DNA of 64,000 nucleotides from an uncultured bacterium (GCA_903858755.1 CAIOKC010000027.1:2192-66191), one strand, 5' to 3'. Shown: positions 28,289 to 38,416, counted from the first letter of the stretch. The notes: generated from the sequence alone by a model not told the origin. Numbers and translations are program-made.

Positions 28289-29296
28289 TTATTGCCCAGC
28301 ACTGGAAGATCCTCGCACGAAATCTTTCAGGTCGTCTCGTATTTTTAGTGCTATGTGCTTCGCGAAAGAGACCGGCACGGCATTGCCTATCATTTTGTAG
28401 CCGTCTGCCACGTTTTCGTATTTAAGTATAAACGTGTCGGGAAATGCCTGGATTCGCGCACACTCGCGGACCGAAAGCCGCCTGTATAGACGCTCCTTAC
28501 CGGGCACAAAAATCCGCTTGTTTTGTTCGACAAATTTCATCTTCGGAGCTTGCGGATGGATCGGGGCGTGTCGCCCTCCGGCTTGAATCGTGAACGAAGG
28601 CTCGTCCCACCCTCGAACACGGTTGCGGGACATGTAGATGGTGGAAAACCCGCCCGTCATATATTCGTGATTTGGTACCTTCAGCGACCTGTTTGCTTTG
28701 TTGGACGGTTTTGCGGGCACGGCATCTTTCAAATCGGAGATCGCATCGCCGAGGACAGGTCTTTCCGAAAGCGGTCGCGGGGGAATGAAATCTCTTCCGA
28801 CTTTCTTGTGATAGCCGACGATAATGACGCGCCACCGCTCTTGCGGCACTCCGTAGTCGTTGGCATTCAACAGGTTGTAAGTGACGCGGTACCCCACGTC
28901 GCTAAAACTCTTCAGGATATCCTCGAAAGCACTTTTATGACGCGGATGCAGAATGCCCGAGACATTCTCGGCTAGGAAAAACAGCGGCTGCTTGTCGCGA
29001 AGAACGCGGATGTACTCATAAAAAAGCTTGCCTCTGCTGTCGTGTATCCCCCTTCCCGCTCCCGCTTCGCTCCAACTCTGGCATGGCGGACCCCCTATGA
29101 TCCCGACTGCTGCGGGCACATCTTCAGATGGCACGTCGATAATACTGCGCTTGTCGAGATGCGTATGGGGGAAATTGTGCTCGAATGTCGACCATATAGA
29201 AGGATCGTATTCATTCGCCCAGTCCACATCAAAACCCGCCTGCTCGAAACCGAGGTCGAGACCGCCAGCTCCCGTAAAGAGTGAGACGAGTTTCAT
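28289..29296 (-). CDS. DNA (cytosine-5)-methyltransferase
   Basis: Motif I FTGAGG, motif IV GGPPCQSWS, ENV (LAENV), QERWRVIIVG. Start trimmed to ATG 29296, which overlaps the stop of the upstream gene (ATGA). Confidence 0.85.
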   Translation of the reverse strand: MKLVSLFTGAGGLDLGFEQAGFDVDWANEYDPSIWSTFEHNFPHTHLDKRSIIDVPSEDVPAAVGIIGGPPCQSWSEAGAGRGIHDSRGKLFYEYIRVLRDKQPLFFLAENVSGILHPRHKSAFEDILKSFSDVGYRVTYNLLNANDYGVPQERWRVIIVGYHKKVGRDFIPPRPLSERPVLGDAISDLKDAVPAKPSNKANRSLKVPNHEYMTGGFSTIYMSRNRVRGWDEPSFTIQAGGRHAPIHPQAPKMKFVEQNKRIFVPGKERLYRRLSVRECARIQAFPDTFILKYENVADGYKMIGNAVPVSFAKHIALKIRDDLKDFVRGSSSAGQ

Positions 29297-30147
29297 CGTG
29301 TATATCGTACCAGCTTCGCTCGGAGCGACTTCGCCGCGTTGTTCGGGGATTGTATCTCGATATCTTCGATACGAAGCCCTGGGATCTTGGAGTTCTCGAG
29401 TGTTTTTCGGCTTTCTTTCGGGAAAGATTCGTATTTTTCTTTGAGCATCACTGCCGTAAGAGCAAAGTCCGCTTCCGACGACACCTCCGGAATATGCCTG
29501 AAGACTCTCGAAGGGTGCTGTATTGACCACATGCCCCGTATACGTAAATCCGTTATCCCTAGAGGATCAACTCTGTTCACTCTCCCCAATTCGTTGGTCT
29601 CTCCAAATTCAATATCCGGCAAGGCATCAATGCCGCCAGCTATAGAGTCTCGTATCTTTTCATACGTATCTCGACTCGCTGCATAACAATCCCCATACAC
29701 GAACCATAGAGACTTTACCCTATTGTCCTCAATGCCTCCTATCGCATAGAGCATATCCTTCCTCGTCCACTCTTCGCACTCACGGCAACTTGCTGTAATC
29801 ATGGGACTGTCTGCGTACAGGTAGTCTTTTGGATACGAGCTGTTGAGAGCGATCCCATTCGAGCGTCTGCCGATGTACTTTTTCACTTCGATCGCATCGC
29901 CCTCTCGTATGATAGCGTCCGGAGGGTTGTTCTGATTTCCCAAGTACGAGAAAAACTGAGGGTAGATTTTCTCTTTCTCCGACAGCCTCTTTCCAGAAAG
30001 AGTGCCGCTGAACGCGTCTTTGACGTAAAACTCCAAAGCGGCGCCCATCGCATTTGCTCGATTGGGAGCGGTCTTTCGGGGTGATGCCAGACTAGGCGCT
30101 GGCTCCGATGCGATATTCCGTATAGCAATCAACAAATCGGTTTTCAT
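29293..30147 (-). CDS. Putative type II restriction endonuclease partnering the m5C methyltransferase
   Basis: Translationally coupled upstream of the methyltransferase. Contains a PD-(D/E)xK-like segment (GDAIEVKK). Family not assignable by eye. Confidence 0.45.
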   Translation of the reverse strand: MKTDLLIAIRNIASEPAPSLASPRKTAPNRANAMGAALEFYVKDAFSGTLSGKRLSEKEKIYPQFFSYLGNQNNPPDAIIREGDAIEVKKYIGRRSNGIALNSSYPKDYLYADSPMITASCRECEEWTRKDMLYAIGGIEDNRVKSLWFVYGDCYAASRDTYEKIRDSIAGGIDALPDIEFGETNELGRVNRVDPLGITDLRIRGMWSIQHPSRVFRHIPEVSSEADFALTAVMLKEKYESFPKESRKTLENSKIPGLRIEDIEIQSPNNAAKSLRAKLVRYTR

Positions 30148-30896
30148 GACTCAAGGTGATACCGAGAATCATCCCACAAATCCCTCGTTTGAGGAACGGC
30201 AAGGAAATCGGGCGGGAGAGGCGCGGAAAACGCGTACGGAGTACCCATATATTCTAGTGAGATGCTCGAGGCATGCAGGGCAGGGCGCGTGAAGCCGAGG
30301 ATCGGGCGCTTTTCCGGAGCGTATACATGGTCGGCGACGAGCGGATGCCCTATCGACGCACAGTGTACGCGTATCTGATGCGTACGCCCGGTCAGTGGTC
30401 GGGCTTCTATATATGCCGCATCCTCGTCGAGATTCATCAAAAGTTTCCACGCCGTAATCGCGGCGCGCACGTCTGATTCTCCACATGGTCGCGCGTACCA
30501 TCTTTTTGGCGGTATGCTGCTGCGCACTATTTCCGCTACGATTCTCCCTTCGCTTTCTGCCATGTGCCCATGCACATACGCGAGATAGATCTTTTGTATG
30601 TTCCTTTCTTTAAATAATGTCTTCAGTTGTGCAAACGCCTCGGGAGTTTTTGCGATAAGCATAGCGCCGCTCGTCGAGCGATCGAGTCGGTGGACGATTC
30701 CCGGACACGGCACGCGCTCGCCTTGCGGAGAGATCCATGACTCACCGACGCTTGCGAGCGCGGGGTAATTTCCCAGTATCCAATCCGCAAGCGACGGCTC
30801 TACCGTCCGCCCGTCGCTGTGTACAATCAGCCCGGCTGGCTTATCAACGACGAGGAAATCCTCAGTCTCTCCTATCACCCTCGGTGCATCCATCAT
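30144..30896 (-). CDS. RluA-family pseudouridine synthase
   Basis: VVDKPAGLIVH and HRLDRSTSGAMLIAK catalytic motif. Confidence 0.8.
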   Translation of the reverse strand: MMDAPRVIGETEDFLVVDKPAGLIVHSDGRTVEPSLADWILGNYPALASVGESWISPQGERVPCPGIVHRLDRSTSGAMLIAKTPEAFAQLKTLFKERNIQKIYLAYVHGHMAESEGRIVAEIVRSSIPPKRWYARPCGESDVRAAITAWKLLMNLDEDAAYIEARPLTGRTHQIRVHCASIGHPLVADHVYAPEKRPILGFTRPALHASSISLEYMGTPYAFSAPLPPDFLAVPQTRDLWDDSRYHLES

Positions 30897-30903
30897 GCTT
30901 TTC

Positions 30904-31185
30904 CTATTTCAGTCTTTTGCAAAACACTAGAATAGACTCCGCACGCGACGTAAGCTTGTGACGCACTGCGCTACCCACATTCCGCTTGAGGACGAGCCCC
31001 GCCACGGCGAGTTTGCGCATGTGGTCCGATGCATTTTGATATCCGATATTGAGACGCTCCGACACTTCTTCTACCGATAGCTCCGGATCACGCCTCAAGA
31101 GCTCCAATATTTGAATGCGCCGATGATTTGCGAATCCTTTGATGATTCGCTCCAGCTTCCGATATGGATTCCCCTCTGCCATACG
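30904..31185 (-). CDS. ArsR/SmtB-family transcriptional regulator
   Basis: HTH: RRIQILELLRRDPELSVEEVSERLNIGYQNASDHMRKLAVAGLV. Confidence 0.6.
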   Translation of the reverse strand, partial: RMAEGNPYRKLERIIKGFANHRRIQILELLRRDPELSVEEVSERLNIGYQNASDHMRKLAVAGLVLKRNVGSAVRHKLTSRAESILVFCKRLK

Positions 31186-31228
31186 ACAATGATACCTTAT
31201 GCCAGTGTTTTGCAAAAGATTGGCATAG

Positions 31229-31537
31229 TTAGGGAGCGAGGACGGTGAGGGTGAAAGTGATACTGTCGCCTGCGCCAATTCCTTCGGCACGGCGGACATG
31301 CGCTTTCAGCGGCAGAAGGTACGTCCCAGAGCGTTTGTCGGGGAATATCGAAGTCTTCCACGAAGTCTTGCCGAGGACCACTGCGACCGGAATCGATCCG
31401 AAACCCCGCTTCTGCTTGGTGTATTTTTCTTTCAGCTCGACCGACTGCTTCTTGTCAACATTGGCAAAATGCCAGGCAGCACTCTCTCCTGGATACAGCC
31501 ATACTTGTGATCGCACGAGATATTTCTTTTTCGCCAT
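31229..31537 (-). CDS. DUF1905 domain protein
   Basis: Typical DUF1905 length and MAKKKYLVRSQVWLYPG...ITFTLTV pattern. Confidence 0.5.
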   Translation of the reverse strand: MAKKKYLVRSQVWLYPGESAAWHFANVDKKQSVELKEKYTKQKRGFGSIPVAVVLGKTSWKTSIFPDKRSGTYLLPLKAHVRRAEGIGAGDSITFTLTVLAP

Positions 31538-31605
31538 ACGCTATCATCATCTCATGAAAAAACCGGCTTTGGCAGCCGGTTTTCTCTCGAGTACTGGAGT
31601 AGGCG

Positions 31606-32202
31606 TCAGCGTCCGTACCACGCAGCGCGCCACGCGCGCATCATCTCGATCTCGCGAGTCTGCGAGGTGTCGATATTGTCGGCAAGCACCCTCATCTCGC
31701 CACGCTCCGTCGATGCCCGCAGCATTTGCGCCATGACGACCGCCATCTCGTGATGCGGGATCATCTGATCGATGAATTCGCGGTCGAAATCCGCCGCGGC
31801 GATTGTCTTCAGGACGTCTGCATTTCCCTCCATCCCGTCCATGTGCATCATGCCCATACCGCCCGCAGGAGGAGCGGAGCCAAACCACGATTGGTGCCAG
31901 GATTGCATGTCGCGTATCTCTTTTTCCTGCGCCTCGATGATGCCTCGCGCAAGTGAGATAACCTCCGATCGCTTCGAGCGTTCAAGCGCAATCTTCGCCA
32001 TCGCGATCGCCCCCTCGTGGTGCGGGATCATCTGGGTGATGAAGTGCTGGTCGATATCTCCGCTCATCATCGAGCCATCTCCCATCATGTGCACACTTCC
32101 GCTCCTCTCGCCGCTCTGCTGGTATCCGAGGTAGTATCCCGCTCCCGCAAGAGCAATCATCAGCACCCCGATTGCCACTGTCTTTGTTTCCATAGATTTC
32201 AT
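31606..32202 (-). CDS. Secreted DUF305 (ferritin-like, copper-stress-associated) protein
   Basis: Signal/TM sequence followed by a duplicated MIPHHEGAIAMA / MIPHHEMAVVMA motif. Confidence 0.6.
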   Translation of the reverse strand: MKSMETKTVAIGVLMIALAGAGYYLGYQQSGERSGSVHMMGDGSMMSGDIDQHFITQMIPHHEGAIAMAKIALERSKRSEVISLARGIIEAQEKEIRDMQSWHQSWFGSAPPAGGMGMMHMDGMEGNADVLKTIAAADFDREFIDQMIPHHEMAVVMAQMLRASTERGEMRVLADNIDTSQTREIEMMRAWRAAWYGR

Positions 32203-32213
32203 CCTGTTATCTT

Positions 32214-32666
32214 CTAATTGAATCTCAACTCAATTCTATCCTTATCCTCCATGACGTAATTCTCGTACTCGGTGTTTTCAACACCGTTGACCGTCATGCG
32301 CATGTCTGCACCAAATCCGCGCATATCTCTGCCCCACACCCTGAAGAATTGACCGAGGGTGATGTCTCCCCTGCGCACTACTCCGCCCGCAAACTCAAGG
32401 TGTATGAGCGGAAGATCTTCGTGAGTGTGTATCGGCGCCATCTGCATGCTCTGGTCGAATCCGGAGATGCTCGAGTACTCGACCCCAATCCCGATATTCG
32501 CGGGGATTTCCTGCCGCACGCCTTTCACATAGATGGCAAGTTCCGGGTGCGCGTGCAAGCCGTTGCGAGCGACCACATCAGGATCACGCTCCGTCCGATC
32601 ACTCGACCACCAAATACCTCCAAGAAGAAGCGCGACCACAATCGCGATACCAAGTGATAGTTTCAT
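32214..32666 (-). CDS. Membrane-anchored hypothetical protein
   Basis: N-terminal TM helix; His-rich (HAHPE, HTHEDLPLIH). Confidence 0.4.
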   Translation of the reverse strand: MKLSLGIAIVVALLLGGIWWSSDRTERDPDVVARNGLHAHPELAIYVKGVRQEIPANIGIGVEYSSISGFDQSMQMAPIHTHEDLPLIHLEFAGGVVRRGDITLGQFFRVWGRDMRGFGADMRMTVNGVENTEYENYVMEDKDRIELRFN

Positions 32667-32707
32667 TGTTTTTAACTAACGCTGTGTAAGTACGCCACAA
32701 GCGCTCG

Positions 32708-33076
32708 TTAAAACACTTTTGTGTGAAGTATTCCTCTTGAAAAGAGCTCTTGCATGAACGTCGGCTTGTGAGGAGCCCGACCTTGCACGCGAATCCGCGC
32801 AGGAGCGTAGCCCGACAACGGTCTGCTCCCCCACTGCGAGATGCGCGCATACAAGAGAGCAGCGGCGATGAGTAGCTCGGCGAGAATGGTCGCAAACGCG
32901 ATCTGCCAATGCTTGACGTGCTCAAAGACGCTCGTCGCGCACAGCGCCGCTTGTCCGATCGCAAACGGGCAACCTGCCTCGTGATGCGTCGGACCAGCAA
33001 GCACGAGCGGCATGCCGAGAACGGCGACGAGAAGAAATCCCGTGAGAAGGAACGGCGCAAATACACGAATATTCAT
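32708..33076 (-). CDS. Small membrane protein with HHEAGCPF motif
   Basis: Two TM helices; possible metal-binding His/Cys residues. Confidence 0.4.
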   Translation of the reverse strand: MNIRVFAPFLLTGFLLVAVLGMPLVLAGPTHHEAGCPFAIGQAALCATSVFEHVKHWQIAFATILAELLIAAALLYARISQWGSRPLSGYAPARIRVQGRAPHKPTFMQELFSRGILHTKVF

Positions 33077-33126
33077 ACAGCAACTCTACACCGCGACTTT
33101 CTGAGCGCAAGGAGCGGACGGTCGTT

Positions 33127-33873
33127 TTACTGGATGTGCTTGTACGTGAGGGCTCCGCCGCGGGTCATGTAGATGAGTTCGAGGCTCTCAGGAGTTAATT
33201 TCGTAATCTTGAAGTCGAGCGTGTCTGCTTGCGTACCCTTCTCGGTAAGCTGGAGATACACGGAGCTTTCATCAATCGGGAACGCGACCATCTTCGGCGC
33301 ATTTGCCTTCGTGTACGCGACCCAAAGACCCGAGGAGACCTGCTTGTTGTCGTACCACTCGATGATCGTGCCGTCCGCCTTGAACTCGCGGACAGATTTC
33401 GCATCCGTCGTGCTCTGCCACTTGCCGACGATCGATTCGCTCACGATGAGCGACGTATCTTGTTTGACGCTTCCTCCGCCTTCGCCCGCGTCGCCCCAAT
33501 TCCATGGCGCCATGTCTGTACTTGGCTTCGGATTGCAGACCATGGTGCGACCGCCGGTCGTAAGCTGTACTTCCTCACCAGCGCCGACGAAGACGATGCC
33601 GCCACCTTCGAAGCGCGCACCTGCGGTCGACTGTGTCGAAGCAAGCGTCGTCTCGCCGAAGGTCGCGTTCGCGCCCGGCGTGACTTTCACTGTCGATACA
33701 TCCGACGAAGGACTCATCGAGAATTCGACGCCGCCTTCGCACGCATACGCATATGAACCCATGTCGCTCTCTTGCATTGTCGTCGAGTCGAGAGATTTCG
33801 ACTTCTCCACATACCAGTACCCTCCGATGATAATGACTGCTAAGACTACTACCCACATGAATGCGGTTTTCAT
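33127..33873 (-). CDS. Secreted protein with MliC-like (lysozyme-inhibitor/lipocalin-like) N-terminal domain
   Basis: TM/signal MKTAFMWVVVLAVIIIGGYW; the YACEGGVEF...VKV pattern resembles MliC. Confidence 0.45.
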   Translation of the reverse strand: MKTAFMWVVVLAVIIIGGYWYVEKSKSLDSTTMQESDMGSYAYACEGGVEFSMSPSSDVSTVKVTPGANATFGETTLASTQSTAGARFEGGGIVFVGAGEEVQLTTGGRTMVCNPKPSTDMAPWNWGDAGEGGGSVKQDTSLIVSESIVGKWQSTTDAKSVREFKADGTIIEWYDNKQVSSGLWVAYTKANAPKMVAFPIDESSVYLQLTEKGTQADTLDFKITKLTPESLELIYMTRGGALTYKHIQ

Positions 33874-33959
33874 ATTGAGCAAGTATCGCACTCCGTGTCT
33901 TCGTGTCAAATCGCCCGAGAGAGTGAAAAACGGTCGATTTCTGCTACAATGCCGACCAT

Positions 33960-34033
33960 TGCGGGATCGTCTAATGGTAGGACATCTGCCTCTGGAGCAG
34001 AGTATCTTGGTTCGAGTCCAAGTCCCGCAGCCA
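33960..34033 (+). tRNA. tRNA-Gln (CUG)
   Basis: Cloverleaf with U1-A72 acceptor pair, anticodon loop CUCUGGA, T-loop TTCGAGT, and encoded CCA. Confidence 0.85.
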
Positions 34034-34113
34034 ATCTGGACACCTGTACCCGTGACCTAGACGGATTAGGGGGTCTAAGGAACTTATGAAAGCAGGTACT
34101 GTATACTCGCCTC

Positions 34114-34698
34114 ATGAGTAAGCGGTTGATGGGCATTGTCGCAGCTATTGTCTTTCTTGTGGGGGGCTTCTTTGCGATTAATTCATACGTCCACCGACCA
34201 ACACAAGCAGTGGCGACAGCCGGCTACATGGACGCAGCATTCACTATCGACGGCGCGCGCGTAAAGCTTGAGAGTGGCACGGCAGAAACGGAAGCCGCTC
34301 CTGGTTCTGCGTCCAAGATCATTACACGATACTTCGGCAACGAGCTAAAGACCGACCTCGATGGCGACGGGCGAGAAGATATCGCGTTCATTCTCACCCA
34401 AGAGACCGGCGGCTCCGGCACTTTCTTCTATGCGGTTGCCGCACTCAATACAGATCGGGGGTATATCGGCTCCGACGGCTACCTTCTCGGCGACCGTATC
34501 GCACCGCAATCGACCACCCTGAGTCCGCATCCAAGGCATGTGCGCGTCGTGGTCTTCAATTACGCCGATCGCGGAGCAGGTGAACCCATGACCGCGCAGC
34601 CTTCAGAGGGCAAGAGCGTGTATCTCAAACTGGATCCAACGAGCGTACAGTGGGGTATCGTAGAGCCTGACTTCGAGGGCGAATCCCGAGGTCTATGA
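34114..34698 (+). CDS. Membrane-anchored hypothetical protein
   Basis: N-terminal TM helix; 194 aa. Confidence 0.45.
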   Translation: MSKRLMGIVAAIVFLVGGFFAINSYVHRPTQAVATAGYMDAAFTIDGARVKLESGTAETEAAPGSASKIITRYFGNELKTDLDGDGREDIAFILTQETGGSGTFFYAVAALNTDRGYIGSDGYLLGDRIAPQSTTLSPHPRHVRVVVFNYADRGAGEPMTAQPSEGKSVYLKLDPTSVQWGIVEPDFEGESRGL

Positions 34699-35846
34699 AA
34701 TCATTTTCATTCAAGGTATTGAAACAATCGAAAAAGAGTCGCGCGCGGCTTGGCGTGATATCCACTCCGCACGGCGAGATAGAGACACCCGCGTTCATCC
34801 CCGTCGCGACACGGGCGACAGTGCGTACGCTCGATACCGATGAAATCGCGGAAGTGGGCTCTCAGATGCTTATCGCAAATACCTATCACCTCCACCTCGC
34901 TCCGGGCGAGACTATCGTCAAGAAAGCGGGGGGTATCCACGGCTACATGCAGTGGGACAAACCGCTCATGACGGATTCCGGCGGCTTCCAAGTATTTTCT
35001 CTCGGCTTCGGTCGCGATCATGGAGTGGGGAAGATCCTGAAAGACGAGAAGGATCGCTCCATAGAGACAGGCACGCAGCCCGTCGCAGTGAAGATCACGG
35101 AAGATGGCGTGCATTTCCGCTCCCCCATCGACGGCAAAGAGCAGTATCTCTCCCCGAAGATTTCTATCGGCATTCAGGAAAAACTCGGTGCGGATATCAT
35201 ATTCGCATTTGATGAGTGCCCATCCCCTCTCGCGAACGAAGAGTACGTGCGCACCTCGCTCGAAAAAACTCACCGCTGGGCGAAAGAGTCGCTCGACGCG
35301 CGCAAGAATACGGGGAGGCAGGCGATGTATGGAATCGTACAGGGTGGAGCGTTCAAGGCACTCCGGCTCAAAAGCGCGGAAGTGATCGGTGCCATGGACG
35401 GATTCGAGGGCTTCGGCTTCGGTGGTGAATTCGGCTACAACAAAACGCAGCTCAAGAAAGGAATCGGCGAGGTTGTCGACACACTCCCCTCACACAAGCC
35501 TCGCCATGTGCTGGGTATCGGTCATCCCGAGGATTTCCCTATAATAGCAGAGAGCGGCGGCGATACATTTGATTGCATCGCTCCCACGCACTACGCGCGG
35601 CGCGGCATCATCTTCACTTCGAAAGGTCGCATCGACCTTCGGAAACCGCGATTCCTCAAAGAATTCAAGCCGCTCGATGCGCGCTGTGCCTGCATGATCT
35701 GCAAGACGTACACGCGCTCGTACATCTCCCACCTTCTGCGCGGACACGAGCTCTCCGGTCTCAAGCTCGCGACCTACCACAATCTTTTTTACTTCAACGC
35801 GCTCGCGGCGCAGATGCGGGAAAGAATACAGAACGACGAGCTCTAA
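34695..35846 (+). CDS. tgt: Queuine tRNA-ribosyltransferase
   Basis: TIM-barrel Tgt motifs (LMTDSGGFQVFSL) and C-terminal zinc site CACMICKTYTRSYISHL. Confidence 0.9.
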   Translation: MKSFSFKVLKQSKKSRARLGVISTPHGEIETPAFIPVATRATVRTLDTDEIAEVGSQMLIANTYHLHLAPGETIVKKAGGIHGYMQWDKPLMTDSGGFQVFSLGFGRDHGVGKILKDEKDRSIETGTQPVAVKITEDGVHFRSPIDGKEQYLSPKISIGIQEKLGADIIFAFDECPSPLANEEYVRTSLEKTHRWAKESLDARKNTGRQAMYGIVQGGAFKALRLKSAEVIGAMDGFEGFGFGGEFGYNKTQLKKGIGEVVDTLPSHKPRHVLGIGHPEDFPIIAESGGDTFDCIAPTHYARRGIIFTSKGRIDLRKPRFLKEFKPLDARCACMICKTYTRSYISHLLRGHELSGLKLATYHNLFYFNALAAQMRERIQNDEL

Positions 35847-36316
35847 TCGGCTGGCGCATCCACCACTTCCTGATAGGCGACGATCTTCCACTCCCCGCTC
35901 TCGCGGACGACCTGGATATACACGGGCGTAATACCGGCGCTCTCTTCACTGCCTTCTGCGAGAAATACAAGAGCTCCCTGCACGAGATAGCCCGCACCCT
36001 GCGGTACCATTTGCGTGATTTCTATACGGTCTGGCCACGGACTCGACGTAGTGCGCCCAGGCGCTTTCGAGGGATCACTCTGCCAGAGTGCGATGAGAGC
36101 GGGAGACACGAAGTCTCGATACTCGCTCGCGATTGAGTCGGGGGCATCCGGCGAAAGAAGCGATACTTTCTGCATACGCTCCCCGAAATCTTCCACCAGC
36201 GAGCGCACGCCGCGCTCATTGGCGCGGATCGAGATCTCATCCCAGAAGAAGTAGCCCACTGCCGCAATCGCAGCACATAAGAAGAGAAGAGCGGCGGTAG
36301 TGCGGATCGATAACAT
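35843..36316 (-). CDS. Membrane-anchored hypothetical protein
   Basis: TM helix MLSIRTTAALLFLCAAIAAVGYFFW; start trimmed. Confidence 0.4.
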   Translation of the reverse strand: MLSIRTTAALLFLCAAIAAVGYFFWDEISIRANERGVRSLVEDFGERMQKVSLLSPDAPDSIASEYRDFVSPALIALWQSDPSKAPGRTTSSPWPDRIEITQMVPQGAGYLVQGALVFLAEGSEESAGITPVYIQVVRESGEWKIVAYQEVVDAPAD

Positions 36317-36327
36317 GTCCAGATAGT

Positions 36328-37299
36328 CTACTGTGCGGATGAGGTCGCTGTGATGCCAGTCTGTGTGGATACGCATGTGCGCCGATCCCGCCCGAGCTCG
36401 ACCGGTATTTCCTGCACCCACTCGACGCCGTGCGGGGTAAACGCCACCTCAAGGAGAAGACCGCTCATCACCTTCTCGTCCCAATACTGGTCGAAAATGA
36501 AATTGCCGAGAGAGTAGTATATGTATCTGTCGTGGTAGTACTCCCGCTCTTGGACGATATGCGGATGCGAGCCGATCACCATATCCGCCCCCGCATCGAC
36601 GAATTGGCGCGCGAGGATCTTCACCCGCTCAGGGGGCGGCACGTATTCTTCTCCCCAGTGCGTATAGACGAAGACGATGCGCCCCGCATCGCGCTCTGCG
36701 CGCACCGCCCCGGTGATATGATATATCATATCACCGGCACTGGGAGCGAATTCGTTGTAGTTGATGAAGGAGACGGGGATTCCTTTCATCTCGAGGCGAG
36801 CGACGCGGTCGGATTCCGGCGCATCGGGATCGCCGAAATACCCGACACCTGCCGCATTCAGAAATGCTTTGGTCTGCACAAGACCATCCCGACCGAAATT
36901 CATGATGTGATTGTTGCCCAGGTGTACAAGCCGGATATTGTGCCGCGCGAGCAGAGATGCGGTCGAGGTGGCAAAAGTGAAGGTGAAATTATTCTCCCCT
37001 CCCGGCTTTGAGCCGATGCTCTTGGAGGCGAATTCCGTGATCGGACCTTCGAGATTCGCGACGACGAGATCGGCTTTCCCGAGCAGAGGCGTAATGCACG
37101 AAAAAACAAAGTCATCCCCTTTTTCCTCCATCGTCGTCCTCACCGACCTGTCAAACATCATATCGCCGCCGAAGACGATGTGCGCTTGCGGTATGGGAGC
37201 GAATATATGCGGGATGGGAGCTTCAGCGGCAAGCGGCGCTGCGCCGAGACTGAAAAACCCGACAAGCGCGGCGATAAAACTCGAGAGGAATTCGAGCAT
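36328..37299 (-). CDS. CapA-family metallophosphoesterase (poly-gamma-glutamate synthesis protein-like)
   Basis: Signal peptide; VANLEGPI, HWGEEY and IGSHPHIVQ motifs. Confidence 0.75.
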   Translation of the reverse strand: MLEFLSSFIAALVGFFSLGAAPLAAEAPIPHIFAPIPQAHIVFGGDMMFDRSVRTTMEEKGDDFVFSCITPLLGKADLVVANLEGPITEFASKSIGSKPGGENNFTFTFATSTASLLARHNIRLVHLGNNHIMNFGRDGLVQTKAFLNAAGVGYFGDPDAPESDRVARLEMKGIPVSFINYNEFAPSAGDMIYHITGAVRAERDAGRIVFVYTHWGEEYVPPPERVKILARQFVDAGADMVIGSHPHIVQEREYYHDRYIYYSLGNFIFDQYWDEKVMSGLLLEVAFTPHGVEWVQEIPVELGRDRRTCVSTQTGITATSSAQ

Positions 37300-37302
37300 G
37301 CG

Positions 37303-37650
37303 CTACTGCAACGAGCGCATGTACGCGCGGGAAAGAGCGAGACCGAACGCTGCGCGCTCGCGTTTCGTGTCAATCCAGTCGGGTAGCTCTATCTTGCGAT
37401 TCCGCAATGCATTGAAAAGCCTTTCTGTAAGCTCGTCCTGCTCCAGCCCTTCTCGTGCCACAGTGATATCCTTTGCGAAACGACTCAATTCATCTTTGAT
37501 GACCATTTGGTCTTCGCCACTCAGCATACCGTTGACATGCGCAGCGAACTCGTGAGAAATCTCATCGAGGGTCTTCTTCTGTCGACTCTGTTCCTGCTGC
37601 CGCCGCATGTGTCCTTCCGGAGTCTTTCCCATCTTTGCTTCAAATGTCAT
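37303..37650 (-). CDS. Hypothetical protein
   Basis: 115-aa charged helical ORF, co-directional and tightly spaced. Confidence 0.4.
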   Translation of the reverse strand: MTFEAKMGKTPEGHMRRQQEQSRQKKTLDEISHEFAAHVNGMLSGEDQMVIKDELSRFAKDITVAREGLEQDELTERLFNALRNRKIELPDWIDTKRERAAFGLALSRAYMRSLQ

Positions 37651-37654
37651 ACGA

Positions 37655-38416
37655 TCAGTATACCAGCTTGAGCTCCCCCCTCTTTTGCACAGTGGCGACT
37701 AGCGCGCAGTGATCAGAGACCCCCGGGACCATGCGCACATGAGACACGCGGTAGCCCGGAGTAGAAAACATGCCGTCGACCATCTTGTCGGCAAGTTCGT
37801 GGGGGCGATCCTTCCCCGCTCTATGCAGATCGAGATCAAGGCTCGTCGCATACTGAGGAGGCACGTTGTCGTGGTATGTCTCCAAAAGCATGGAAAAGAT
37901 CTCTCCCCCACGAGGCGCATTGAAATCACCGCAGAGCACAAGCTCTCCGAAAGGCTGGAGAATCTCGAGCAGCTTCCTCATGGAAATTCGCTGAAGGTCG
38001 GTCGCTTGCCCGCGCTCCGACCAGACGAAGTGCGTCGCAGCGATGCGAAATGCCTCTTCCTCGCCCACCTCGACGACGACCACCGCGTGATTCCCGCATG
38101 TATCGGGAAGCTCTTCTCTCGGGATAACCGCAGGATCTCCCACGTAGTAGTGGATATTCTGCGTGGCGATGGGAAGCTTCGAGAAGACCGCTTGCCCGAT
38201 GACCGCTTTGAAGCCATCCGAGCGATGCTTGATAGCGGGAGCAAATACATACGTATCCGAAAACAGCTTCGCAAATATCTGGACATCGGGCTCGCGCACT
38301 TCTTGCAGGCAGAGCACGTCTGGCTTCTCTGCGATCACGAAGGGCACCACTCGATCGAGGTGGAGATCCCGCTCGATATTGATAGACACCAGCTTGATCG
38401 AAGCGCGAGTATTCAT
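37655..38416 (-). CDS. Endonuclease/exonuclease/phosphatase (EEP) family protein
   Basis: DVLCLQEV N-terminal motif and C-terminal GVSDHCAL. Confidence 0.7.
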   Translation of the reverse strand: MNTRASIKLVSINIERDLHLDRVVPFVIAEKPDVLCLQEVREPDVQIFAKLFSDTYVFAPAIKHRSDGFKAVIGQAVFSKLPIATQNIHYYVGDPAVIPREELPDTCGNHAVVVVEVGEEEAFRIAATHFVWSERGQATDLQRISMRKLLEILQPFGELVLCGDFNAPRGGEIFSMLLETYHDNVPPQYATSLDLDLHRAGKDRPHELADKMVDGMFSTPGYRVSHVRMVPGVSDHCALVATVQKRGELKLVY

